Shown here in pieces: positions 10,730 to 23,199 of a DNA stretch of 64,000 bases. The notes beneath the pieces are model-generated. The model saw only the letters and a program-made list of their open reading frames with translations, was not told the origin of the DNA and made no database searches. Origin of the DNA: Ranitomeya imitator (Eukaryota); assembly GCF_032444005.1 (NCBI RefSeq), contig NC_091285.1, forward strand, positions 298,716,001 through 298,780,000, read 5' to 3'. Numbering within the stretch: the first letter of the stretch is position 1; each line of letters opens with the position of its first letter. The position numbers were made by a program, and so were the translations under genes.

Positions 10730-11863
10730 AGCGACGGCCACAGTCCGATTAGTCCCTCCATACTCCCCGCAGTCACCGCTCACACAGGGTTAATGCCAGC
10801 GGTAACGGACCGCGTTATGCCATGGGTAACTCACTCCATTACCGCCACTATTAACCCTGTGTGGCCAAGTTTTTACTATTGATGCTGCCTATGCAGCTTC
10901 AATAGTAAAAACATCTAATGTCAAAAATAATAAAAAAAAATAAAAAATCATTATATACTCACCTTTCGCGACCGCTCCATGTAAGCGGCAGGTTCCGGCG
11001 GCAAGGATGGTATGGGAGAAGGAACTGCCATGACGTCACGGTCATATGACCGCGATGTCATCACAGGCCCTGCGCGCCTGCGCGAGAAGGACCTGCCATG
11101 ACATCACGGTCATGTGACCGCGACATCATCATAGGCCCTGCGCGAGAATGACCAGCCATGATGTCACGGTCATGTGACCGTACTACAAGGGGCCCTCGGA
11201 AGGTGAGTATATATTTATTTTTTATTTTTTACCCTGTGACATACGTGGCTGGGCAATATACTACGTAGCTGGGCAATATACTACGTGACTGGCCAATATA
11301 CTACTTGGCTGGGCAATATACTACGTGGCTCTGTGCTGTATACTATGTCGTTGTGCAATATACTACGTGGCTCTGTGCTGTATACTACGTCACTGTGCAA
11401 TATACTACGTGGCTGGGCAATATACTACATCGCTGGGCAATATACTACATCGCTGGGCAATATACTACATGGCTGGGAAATATACTACGTGGCTGGGCAA
11501 CAAACTACGTGTCTGGGCAATATACTATGTCACTGGGCAATATACTACGTGACTGGGCAATATACTACGTGGCTGGGCAATATACTACGTGACTGGGCAA
11601 TATACTACGTGGCTGGGAAATATAGTACGTGACTGGGCAATATACTTTGTGACTGGGCAATATACTATGTGACTCGGCAATATACTACGTGGCTGGGCAA
11701 TATACTACGTGGCTGTGCTATATACTATGTGGATGGGCAATATACTACGTGACTGGGCAATATACTACGTGGCTGGGCAATATACTACGTGGGCTGTGCA
11801 ATATACTACGTGGACATGCATATTCTAGAATACCCGATGCGTTAGAATCGGGCCACCATCTAG
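10730..11863 (+). mobile_element. Non-autonomous Helitron-like element (3' part) with internal minisatellite
   Basis: 3' terminus has hairpin CCCGAT-GCGTTAGA-ATCGGG (11833-11852), then CCACCAT, then CTAG|T (11860-11864), the canonical Helitron 3' end. The 5' boundary is approximate. Confidence 0.65.
11241..11813. repeat. ~20-bp minisatellite (GGGCAATATACTACGTGGCT)n
   Basis: Directly visible tandem units with variants. Confidence 0.95.
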
Positions 11864-11877
11864 TATATGATATAGAG

Positions 11878-12723
11878 TCATTACCAACAGAGTGATCTAT
11901 TTCAAGTGTTTATTTCTGTTAATGTTGATGATTTTGGCTTACAGCCAATGAAAACACAAAAGTCATTATCTCCGAAAATTAGAATTAACAAAAAACAACT
12001 GCAAAGGCTTCATAAGCTTTTAAAAAAAATCCCTTAGTCTGTTTCAGTAGGCTCCGCAATCATGGGGAAGACTGCTGACTTTACAGATGTCCAGCAGTCA
12101 TTGACACATTCCACAAGGGGTGTAAGCCACAAAAGGTCATTGCTAAAAAAAGCTAGCTTTTCACAGAGTGCTGCATCCAAGCATATGAATGGAAAGTAGA
12201 GAGGAAGGAAAAAGTGTGGTAGAAAAAGGTGCACAAGCAACCGGGATAACCGCAGTCTTAAAAGGATTGTTAGGAAAATGCCATTCAAAAATTTGAGGGA
12301 AATTCACAAGGAGTGATCTGCTGCTGGAGTCATTGCTTCAATAGCCACCACACACAGACGTATACAGGACATGGGCTACAAGTGTTGCATTCCCTTGGTC
12401 AAGCCACTCATGACCAATAGACAATGCCTGCAGCTTCTTACCTGGGCCAAGGAGAAAAATATCTAGACAATTGTTCAGTGGTCCAAGGTGTTGTTTTCAG
12501 AAAGGGTAGAAGCAAATTTTGCATTTCATTTGGAAAGCAAAGTCACAGAGTTTGGAGGAAGAGTGGAGAGCACACAATGCAAATTGCTTGAGGTCTAGTG
12601 TGAAATTTCCACACTCAGTGAAGGTTTGGGGAGCCATGTCGTCTGCTGATGTAGTTCCACTGTGTTTTAGCAAGACCAAAGTCAGCGCAGCCATCCACCA
12701 GGAAATTTTAGATCACTTCATGC
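11878..12723 (+). pseudogene. Degenerate Tc1 fragment (5' UTR plus N-terminal two-thirds of transposase), a different family from copies 1 and 2
   Basis: ATGGGGAAGACTGCTGAC start; CLRSSVKFPHSVKVWGAMSSADVVPLCFSKTKVSAAIHQEILDHFM matches the Tc1 catalytic region. Frameshifts and stops present; both TIRs missing. Confidence 0.85.
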
Positions 12724-12729
12724 CCACAT

Positions 12730-13193
12730 TGCTATATACTACGTGGGCTGTGCAATATACTACGTGGGCTGTGCAATATACTACATGGGCTGTGCTATAT
12801 ACTTCGTGGCCTGTGCTTTAAACTACGTGGCCTGTGTTATACACTATGTGGCCTGTGTTATATACTGCATGCGTGGGCTGTTATATACTATGTGAGCTGT
12901 GTTATATGCTATGTGGGCTGTTATACACTCCGTGGGCTGTGCTATATACTACGTGGCTGTGCTATATACTTCGTGGCTGTGCAATATACTGTGTGGCTGT
13001 GCAATATACTACGTGGCTGTGCTATTTACTATGTGGGCTGTTATATACTGCGTGGCTATACTATATACTATTTGGCTGGCCGCGAACAATCAGTGACAGG
13101 CTGTGTATTCAATGTATTATTCTAAAATCTTCATAAATAAACTACATACATATTCTAGAATACCCAATGCGTTAGAATCGGGCCACCATCTAG
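12730..13193 (+). mobile_element. Second Helitron-like 3' end with the same minisatellite
   Basis: Minisatellite 12730-13080, then TATTCTAGAATACCCAATGCGTTAGAATCGGGCCACCATCTAG|T, near-identical to 11821-11864. Confidence 0.65.
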
Positions 13194-13899
13194 TTTCTCT
13201 ATAATCTGGGAACAGATATGATTGTTAGAAAATGGCTACTCCTGAACTTTGCACCAACTGCTAAGTCTGATCTTACCCTTAACCCCTTTACCCCCAAGGG
13301 TGGTTTGCACTTTAATGACCGGGCCAATTTTTACAATTCTGACCACTGTCCCTTTATGAGGTTTTAACTCTGGAACGCTTCAACAGATCCTGGTGATTCT
13401 GACAATGTTTTCTCGTCACATATTGTACTTCATGATAGTGGTAAAATTGGTTTGATATTACCTGCGTTTATTTGTGAAAAAAACGGAAATTTGGCAAAAA
13501 TTTAGATAATTTCACAATTTCCAACTTTAAATTTTTATGCAATTAAATCACAGAGATATGTCACACAAAATACTTAATAAGTAACATTTCCCACATGTCT
13601 TCTTTACATCAGCACAATTTTGGAACCAAAATTATTTTTTGTTAGGGAGTTATAAGGGTTAAAAGTTGACCAGCAATTTCTCATTATTACAACACCTTTT
13701 TTTTAGGGACCACATCTCATTTGAAGTCATTTTGAGGGGTCTATATGATAGAAAATAACCAAGTGTGACACCATTCTAAAAACTGCACCCCTCAAGGTGC
13801 TCAAAACCACATTCAAGAAGTTTATTAACCCTTCAGGTGTTTCACAGGAATTTTGGGAATGTTTAAACAAAAATGAACATTTAACTTTTTTTCACAAAA

Positions 13900-16110
13900 A
13901 ATTTACTTCAGCTCCAATTTGTTTTATTTTACCAAGGGTATCAGGAGAAAATGGACCGCAAACGTTGTTGTACAATTTGTCCTGAGTATGCTTATACCCC
14001 ATATGTGGGGGTAAACCACTGTTTGGGCGCATGGCAGAGCTCAGAAGCAAAGGAGCGCCATTTGACTTTTCAATGCAAAATTGACAGGAATTGAGAGGAG
14101 ACGCCATGTTGCGTTTGGAGAGCCACTGATGTGCCTAAACATTGAAACCCCCCACAAGTGACACCATTTTGGAAAGTAAACCCCCTAAGGAACATTTCTA
14201 GATGTGTGGTGAGCACTTTGACCCACCAAGTGCTTCACAGAAGTTTATAATGCAGAGCAGTAAAAATAAAAAAACATATGTTTTTGCAAAAATTATCTTT
14301 TCGCCACCAATTTTTTATTTTCCCAAGGGTAAGAGAAGAAATTGGACCCTAAAAGTTGTTGTACAATTTGTCCTGATTACACTGATACCCAATATGTGGG
14401 GGTAAACCACTGTTTGGGCGCATGGGAGAGCTTGGAAAGGAAGGAGCGCCGTTTGACTTTTTAATGCAAAATTGACAGGAAGTGAGATGGGACGCCATGT
14501 TGCGTTTGGAGAGCCACTGATGTGCAAAAACATTGAAACCCCCCACAGGTGACACCATTCTGGAAAGTAGACCCCCAAGGAACTCATCTAGACGTGTTGT
14601 GAGAGCTTTGAACCCGCAAGTGTTTCACTACAGCTTATAACGCAGAGCCGTGAAAATAAAAATTATTTTTCTTCCCCACAAAAATTATTTTTTAGCACCC
14701 AGTTTAGTATTTTCCCAAGGGTAATAGGAGAAATTGGACCCCAAAAGTTGTTGTCCAATTTGTTTTAAGTACGCTGATACCCCATACGTGGGGGGAACCA
14801 CCGTATGGGCGCATGGGAGAGCTTGGAAGGGAAGGAGCGCCATTTGGAATGCAGACTTAGATGGATTGGTCTGCAGGCGTCTCATTGCATTTGCAGAGCC
14901 ACTGATGTAACTAAACAGTAGAAACCCCCACAAGTAACCCCATATTTGAAACTAGACCCCCCAAGGAACTTATCCAGATGTGTTGTGAGAACATTGAACC
15001 CCCAAGTGTTTCACTACAGTTTATAACGCAGAGCCGTGAAAATAAAAAATATTTTTCCACAAAATTATATTTTAGCCCCCAGTTTTGTATTTTTCCAAGG
15101 GTAACAGTTGAAATTGGACCCAAAAAGTTGTTGTCCAATTTATCCTGAGTACGTTGATACCTCATATGTGGGGGGGAACCACCGTTTGGGCACATGGCAG
15201 AGCTCGGAAGGGAAGGAGCGCCATTTGAAATGCAGACTAAGGGTACCGTCACACAGTGGCATTTTGATCGCTACGACGGCACGATCCGTGACGCTCCAGC
15301 ATCGTAACAATATCGCTCCAGCGTCGTAGACTGCTGTCACACTTTGCAATGTACGACGCTGGAGCGATAATTTCATGACATATGTACGATGTAGAAGCCG
15401 TTGGTTACTATGCGCACATCGTATACAATATCGTGCACACCTTTGTTACACCATGCGATCATGCCGCCACAGCGGGACACTAGACGACGAAAGAAAGTTT
15501 CAAACGATCTGCTACGACGTACGATTCTCAGTGGGGTCCCTGATCACAGGAGCGTGTCAGACACAGCGAGATCGCTGGAACGTCACGGATATATCGCTGG
15601 AACGTCACAAATCGTGCCGTCATAGCGATCAAAATGCCACTGTGTACCCTTAATGGATTGGTCTGCAGGTATCACATTGCATTTGCAGGGCTCCTGTTGT
15701 AACTAAACAGTAGAAACACCCCACAAGTGACCCCATATTGGAAACTAAACCCCCCAAGGAACTTATCCAGATGTGTTGTGAGAACTTTGAACCCCCAAGT
15801 GTTTCACTACAGTTTATAATGCAGAGCCGTGAAAATAAAAAAAAATTCCATAAAAATTATTCTTTAGCCCCCAGTTTTGTATTTCCCCAAGGGTAGCAGG
15901 AGAAATTGGACCCCAAAAAGTTGTTTTCCAATGTGTCCTGAGTAAGTTGATACCCCATATGTTGGGGTAAACCCCTGTTTGGGCGCATGGGAGAGCTTGG
16001 AAGTGAAGGAGCACTGTTTTACTTTTTGAACGCAGAATTGGCTGGAATTGAGATCGGACACCATATCGCATTTGGATAGCCCCTGATGTGCCTAAACAGT
16101 GGAAACCCCC
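13900..16110. repeat. Internal tandem array of element A, 5 units of ~380-392 bp
   Basis: Anchor CCAAGGGTA at 13932, 14323, 14715, 15095 and 15887 (the last spacing includes a MITE insertion). Confidence 0.9.
15241..15649. mobile_element. PIF/Harbinger-like MITE inserted in array unit 4
   Basis: TAA|GGGTACCGTCACACAGTGGCATTTTGATCGCT ... AGCGATCAAAATGCCACTGTG(small deletion)TACCC|TTA. It interrupts the array consensus gcagacTTAgatggattgg. Confidence 0.8.
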
Positions 16111-16123
16111 AATTATAACTGAA

Positions 16124-16447
16124 ACCCTAATCCAAACACACCCCTAACCCTAATTCCAATGGCAACCCTAACCACACCCCTAACCCTGACGCACCCCTAA
16201 CCCTAATCCCAACCCTATTCCCAACCATAAATGTAATCCAAACCCTAACCCTAACTTTAGCCCCAACCCTGACCCTAACTTTAGCCCCAACCCTAACGCT
16301 AGCCCTAGCCCTAAACCTAGCCCTAACCCTAACCCCAACCCTAGCCCTAACTGTAGCCCCAATCCTATCGCTAGCCCTAGCCCTAAACCTAGCCCTAACC
16401 CTAACCCCAACCCTAGCCCTAACACTAACCCTAGCCCTAACCCTAGC
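16124..16447. repeat. Telomere-like degenerate hexamer tract (CCCTAA/CCCTAG/CCCCAA)n
   Basis: Direct reading; includes a 72-bp higher-order duplication (16297 and 16369). Confidence 0.92.
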
Positions 16448-17320
16448 TGGAAAATGGAAATAAATACATTTTTTTATTTTTGCCTAACTAAGGGGGTGAT
16501 GAAAGGGGGTTTGACTTACTTCTATAGCGAGTTTTTAATGGATTATTATGATTGGCAGCTATCACACAATAAAAGATGCTTTTATTGCAAAAAATATTTT
16601 TTGCGTTGCCACATTTTGAGAGCTATAATTTTTCCATATTTTGGTCCACAGAGTCATGTGAGGTCATGTTTTTTGCGGGATGAGTTGACGTTTTTATTGG
16701 AAACATTTTCGGGCACGTGACATTTTTTGATCGCTTTTTATTCCGATTTTTGTGAGGCAGAATGACCAAAAACCAGCTATTTATGAATTTCTTTTAGGGG
16801 GGGCATTTATACCGTTCCGCGTTTGGTAAAATGGATAAAGCAGTTTTATTCTTCGGGTCAGTATGATTACAGCGATACCTCATGTATATTTTTTTTATGT
16901 TTTGGCGCTTTGATACGATAAAAACTATTTTATAGAAAAAATAATTATTTTTGCATTGCTTTATTCTGAGTACTATAACTTATTTATTTTTTCGCTGATG
17001 ATGCTGAATGGTGGCTCATTTTTTGCAGGACAAGGTGATGTTTTCAAAGGTGCCATGGTTATTTATGTCCATCTTTTTGATCGCTTGTTATTCCACTTTT
17101 TGTTCGGCGATATGATAATAAAGCGTTCTTTTTTACCTCGTTTTTTTACGGTGTTCACTGAAGGGATTAACTAGTGGGACAGCTTTTTAGGTCGGGTCGT
17201 TACGGACACGGCGATACTAAATATGTGTACTTTTATTGTTTTTTTTATTTTGATAAAGAAATGTATTTATGGGAACAAAATATATATATATTTTTTTAGG
17301 AATTTTTTTAAAATTTTTTT

Positions 17321-18220
17321 TTATTATTATTATTATACATTTTTATAGCGCCATTTATTCCATGGCGCTTTACATGTGAATACGGGGCAAATATAGACAA
17401 ATACATTAAACATGAGCAGATAACAAGGCACACGAGTACATAAGGAGGGAGGACCCTGCCCGCGAGGGCTCACAGTCTGCAGGGGGTGGGTGAGGATACA
17501 CTAGGAGAGGGAAGAGCTGGCTCTGCGGCTGTTCAGTAGGATGAGGATCACTGCAGGCTGTAGGCTTGTCGGAAGAGAAGAGTCTTCAGGTTCTTTTTGA
17601 AGGTTTCTATGGTAGGCGCGAGTCTGATGTGTTGGGGTAGAGAGTTCCAGAGTATGGGGGAAGCACGGGAGAAGTCTTGGATGCGGTTATGGGAAGAAGA
17701 GATGAGAGGGGAGTAGAGAAGGAGGTCTTGGGAGGATTGGAAGTTGCGTGTAGGTAGGTACCGGGAGACCATGTCACAGATGTATGGAGGAGACAGGTTG
17801 TTGATGGCTTTGTATGTCAGTGTGAGGGTTTTGAACTGGAGTCTCTGGGTGATAGGAAGCCAGTGGAGGGCTTGACACAGGGGAGAGGCTGGGGAATAGC
17901 GGGGGGACAGGTGGATTAGTCGGGCAGCAGAGTGTAGGATGGATTGGAGTGGTGCCAGAGTGCTAGAGGGTAGGGTCCAGAGAGTAGGAGGTTGCAGTAG
18001 TCGAGGCGGGAGATGATAAGGGCATGCACTAGCATTTTTGCAGTGTTGCGGTCAAGGAAAGCACGGATCCGTGAAATATTTTTGAGTTTGAGACGACAGG
18101 AGGAGGCAAGGGCTTGGATATGTGGCTTGAAAGAGAGGGCAGAGTCGAGGATCACCCCGAGGCACCGGGCGTGTGGGACTGGGGATAGTGAGCAGCCATT
18201 GACATTGATGGATAGGTCTG
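17321..18220 (-). mobile_element. 5'-truncated L2 (CR1-superfamily) LINE
   Basis: Minus-strand peptides ILDSALSFKPHI...ISRLDYCNLLL and WNSLPQHIRLAPTIETFKKNLKTLLF (L2 ORF2 C-terminus), a 3' UTR with AAAGCGCCATGGAATAAATGGCGCTAT and an (AAT)n tail. Confidence 0.9.
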
Positions 18221-19670
18221 AATATCTGAATATTTTTTTTACACTATAACATTTCCCCGGGGAAGGGGGGCATCATGTTATAGTGTAAGATCGCTGATCT
18301 GACACTTTGCTGTGCACTGTGTCAGATCAGCGATCTGACATGTACTGCTGCAGGCTTACGAGCGCTTGCTCTGAGCAGGTGCTGGTAAGCCACCTCATGG
18401 AAGGATCCGGATGCAGCCCCGCGGCCATTTTGGATCTGGGACATTTAGGGAGAAGAAGGTAGGAGTCCCTTGGAGCAACGCGATCACATCGCGTTGCTCC
18501 GAGGGTCTCAGGGAAGCCCACAGGGAACCCCCTCTCTGCGCGATGCTTCCTTATACCGCCGGAACACTGCGATCATGTTTGATCGCAATGTGCCGGGTTA
18601 ATGTGCGGGGGGTGGTCCGGGACCACTCTTGGCACATAGTGCCGGATGTCAGCTGTGATAGTCAGCTGACACCCTGCCGCGATCGACCATGCTCACACGA
18701 GAGCGCGGATGATCGCGCTGGACGTACTATTCCGTCCTTGGGAAGTAGGGCCCACCCCACATGGACCGAATAGTATGTCCAATGGTAGAAAGGGGTTAAA
18801 GAATGACAAATTAATCATTATCAATTGCAGCACACAGGTCACTTAGAAATCAGATACATGCCACATTAGACATGTGCCACATACATCCATCACATATTGG
18901 ATATCTGCTACACAAATATATTAGCAATATGTCACACAAAAATCACACACATTATACACATGGTGCATACAGGTAATTCAAAGAACAGTTTTTAGAATGG
19001 ATATTTATTGCCACCATAAACATTTCATTCATTCTACCAACATAAGCCAGGACTTTAACTTTAGTAGTACCTACCTACTTTTTTCAGTCATGGGCATTAT
19101 TGCCTTCATAACCTTACGGCCCTAGCATAATTAGGCTCAGCACATAGGTCCATGCCCCCTTAATCTAAGAAAAAATCCCATAAAATTATTATCCTAATCG
19201 GCCTCTTTTCCTTAGAAAGAGCCCCTTGTCATTTCTCATAAAAATAAATAATAAGAGTGGCTGCAAAAGCTTAGCAGGAGTAGCTGAGGGATCCAATGCT
19301 GGCACTTATCCCTAGCTTGTGGTCCACCCCCATTGAGGCTATGATGCTGCTAGCCTATGCTGGCATTGTACACCCTGGCAGTGTCTCTGTGCACTGGTCA
19401 CTTGAATTAAATTGACAGTCAAGTAAGCTAGGATTTCTGGAAAACCAAAGGAGAAGCACAACGACCCAGCTGTTAGTGTGTGACATGAGGCTTTCATTAG
19501 TAGAGCTGCAAAGAGATGATTGATGCTGCATTTGTCAGCACCCACACTACAGAGGAGAGGGAGCAGCTTTTCTGCTCTCCTTCCTGTGCTGTTCAGCCTG
19601 GGCTCCGTATCACCTCCCCCCCCCCCTTCCTAAAAAAAATTTGAGTCTTAATATCTTTCCTTATACTGTA

Positions 19671-21447
19671 CAGTTGTGCTCAAAAGTTTACATTCCCTGG
19701 CAGAACATTTACTTTCTTGGCCTTATTTCAGAGAATATAAATTATAACACCAAAACTTTTTCTTGACTCATGGGAAGTGGTTGGATGAAGCCATTTATTG
19801 TCAAACTACTGTGTTTTCTCTTTTTAAATCATAAGTACAACCCAAAATGTCCAAATGACCCTGATCAAAAGTTCACCTACCCTGGTGATTTTGGCCTGAT
19901 AAAATGCACATAAGTTGAATGGCTACTAAAGGTAACATCTAGTGATGAGCGATTATGCTTGTTACTTGGGTGGTCTCCGAGTATGGGAGTTGCTTAACAA
20001 ACAGGCTATCCCTACATGTATTCAAGCTGCCTAGCAGCCGCAAATAATGCAGCTATGTCTACATAAACTAAATCTTCGAGCACGCTGAAATACTCAGAGA
20101 CCACCCAAGCATGCTCGGAGAAATCCGAGTAATGAGCACACTCTCTCATCTAAAGCAACATCCTCACCTTTTACCTGTTTGCTTGTAATCAGTGTGTGTG
20201 CATAAAAGCTGAGCGTGTTTCTGGCATCCAGACAGGCTCTTGCATTTTTCATCCAGCCACTGATGTTACTGGATTGTGAGTCATTGGGAAAGCAAAAGAA
20301 TTGTCAATGGATCTATGGGAAAAGCTAGTTGAAATGAATAAAACTGGAAAGGGATGCAAAAAGATATCCAAAGAATTGATAATGCCAGTCAGCAGCATTC
20401 AGACTGTGATTAACAAATCGAAAATGTAAAAAGAAAGCCACGGTCAGGTAGACCAACAAAAATTTAATCCACAACTGCCAGGAAAATTGTTCGGGATGCA
20501 AAAAAAAGCCCACAAATAACATCAGCTGAAATACTGGACTCTCTGAAAACTAGCAGTGTGGGTGTTTCAAAATGCACAATAAGGAGGCACATGAAGAAAA
20601 TTGGGCTGCATGGTAGAGTCACCAGAAAAAAGCTATTATTGCGCAAATGCCACAAAGTGTCTCACCTACAATACGCAAAACAGCAAAAAGACAAGTCTCA
20701 AACTTCTGGAACAAGTTAACTTGTAGTGATGGGAATAAAATTGAACTTTTTGGCCACAACCATAAACGTTACATTTGGAGAGTGGTCAACAAGGTCCTAT
20801 GATGAAAGGTACACCATTCCTACTGTAAAGCACGGAGGTGGATCGCTGATGTTTTGGGGATGTTTGAGCTACAAAGACACAGGAAACTTGGTCAAAGTTG
20901 AAGAAAAGATGAATGCAGCACGTTATCAGCAAATACTGGAGGAAAATTTGCAATTATCAGCTCGGTAGCTGCATATGGGACGTACTTGAACATTCCAACA
21001 TGACGACGATCCAAAACACAAGGCCAAGTCAACCTGTTATTGACTACAGCAGAACAAAGTAAATGTTCTGAAGTGGTCATCTCAGTCTCCTGACCTCAAT
21101 ATCATTGAGCCACTCTGAGGAGATCTCAAGCATGCAGTTCATGCTAGACAGCACAGGAATTTGCAGGAACTGGAGGCTTTTTGCCAAGAAGAGTGGGCAG
21201 CTTTACCATCTGAGAAAATCATGAACCTTATCCACAACTACCACAAAAGACTTCAAGCTGTCATTGATGCTAGAGTTAGCAATACACAGTATTAAGAATG
21301 GAGTATGTGAACTTTTGATCAGGGTATTTGGATTATGATTTAAAAAGAGAAAACACAGTAGATTGACAATAAATGCCTTTAGCAAACCACTAACGATAAG
21401 TGGAGAAAAAGTTTTGGTGTTATCATTCATATTCTCTGAAAAAACTG
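19671..21447 (+). mobile_element. Decayed full-length Tc1 transposon (third family)
   Basis: TA|CAGTTGTGCTCAAAAGTTTACAT left TIR; right TIR 21330-21447 is partly deleted and ends AACTG|TA. Remnants [33 protein letters not shown] and SQSPDLNIIE carry stops and frameshifts. Confidence 0.9.
19940..20154. mobile_element. hAT MITE nested in the decayed Tc1
   Basis: Starts TAGTGATGAGCG with a degenerate CTCATCT.. end; 8-bp TSD GTAACATC/GCAACATC. Confidence 0.68.
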
Positions 21448-23199
21448 TACACAATTGCATTTATAATACTTGAAAGCTTTCGAAAAATATTCGATTTTTC
21501 TTCTTATATCTAGCGGATTGAAATAAAGCACCATTTTTCTTTACATATAATACAAATGATTTACTTGATCAGCTCAGTTTTCTATTTGTGTTCAGGTATA
21601 GACATAACTTATATGCACTTGCTCAAGAACAAAAATGGCAATACACCACAGGGACGAAATCTGCAGCAGCTTATATCTGACCTTTCCACTACTTCTAAAG
21701 GTAGTGAAAATAAATTTCATATAAACCTTCTCACTTCTTCCAACTTCCTGGATTGACTCATTATCACTGCACCAGCCACATTATCTCCACGATACCACAG
21801 TAATTCGGTCAGCTTTATAGCTAGGTTAAATGCAGTTGTCGAAACAAATATCTACTGTATCAGTGTTTTCAATACGTTTTGTCTGAGCAGACAGCTTTTA
21901 ATCATTTTAATCCCTATGCCCAGCCTTTATTGACTTATCACATTAAGAGGACAATGAAATTCCAATTTTTATACCTTTTACAGCTAAATAAATGTTAAGA
22001 ATGGATTTTCCACCATTTTGATATTGATGACCTATCTCAAGAATAGGTCATAAACATCGTATTTGTGGGGACCAACATCTGTTACAAAGGTAAGTGCTCA
22101 CCAGATGAGGTGGATGCTCCAAGCCTTTAGTCTGGGCACACAGACTGCATGTGATGGTGCAGCTTCCGGGGAACTCATGGAATTGTTGAGACAACTACTA
22201 ACTGGAAACTCAGGAGCAGACGGACAGATGTAAAGGAACCTAGCAGTGATGGATGCAAGTTGAAACACAGTAGTACAAATAATGAAGTAAACCAAATATG
22301 GAAGACTAGAGTCTCAGTCCTAAGACCCAGTTGTGTATGTCAATGGGCCTTAAAAAAGGTTTATGGAGATGAAGTCATTGATCCATATCAGGCAACCTGC
22401 AAAACTTGAAGTGTAAAAGAATTGTCTCAACCAGTGGCTGGATGTATGCAATATATGAAGTGGAAAACCACAGCTGTTACACTGCCTAGTGGTTGCTGGG
22501 TGTACTGTAGAACAGCTTGCGTTCAAATGACTAAAAGCTGATCTACAGTATCTTTGAGCAGCCATTAACCCCTTCACCCCAAAGCCTGTTTTCACCTAAG
22601 TGACAGGGCCAATTTTTACAATTCTGACCACTGTCACTTTATGAGGTCATAACTCTGAAACGCTTCAACGGATCCTGGTGATTCTGACACTGTTTTCTCG
22701 TGACATATTGTACTTCATGATAGTGGTAAAACTTCTTCGATATGACTTGCATTTATTTGTGAAAAAAACAAAAATTTGTCGGAAATTATGAAAATTTAGC
22801 AATTTTCAAACTCTTAGTTTTTATGCCCTTAAATTAGAGAGTTATATCACATAATATAGTTAATAAACAACATTTCCCACATGTCTGCTTTACATCAGCA
22901 CAATTTTGGAAACATAATTTTTTTTTGTTAGGACGTTATAAGGGTTAAAAGTTGACCAGCAATTTCTCATTTTTGCAACCAAATTTGCAAAACCATTTTT
23001 TTACGGACCACCTCACACTTGAAGTGACTTTGAGGGGTCTATATGACAGAAAATGCCCAAAAGTGACACCATTCTAAAAACTGCACCCCTCAAGGTACTC
23101 AAAACCACATTCAAAAAGTTTATTAACCCTTCAGGTGCTTCACAGGAATTTTTTGAATGTTTAAAAAAATTGAACATTTAACTTTTTTTTCACAAAATG

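Larger units (their letters stand above)
13283..18795. mobile_element. Large non-autonomous piggyBac-family element A
   Basis: TTAA|CCCCTTT...AAAGGGG|TTAA. The left arm is shared with 22569-26825 and with the transposase-bearing copy at 50875-55737. Contains nested MITE and L2 insertions. Confidence 0.8.

Noticed and set aside
11241-13136. Repetitive ORFs (YTTWLGNIL...) and a CRISPR-like appearance
   Set aside because: Pure minisatellite with no unique spacers and no cas genes; eukaryotic context.
16180-16425. (LG)n ORF
   Set aside because: Translation of the TTAGGG-like tract.
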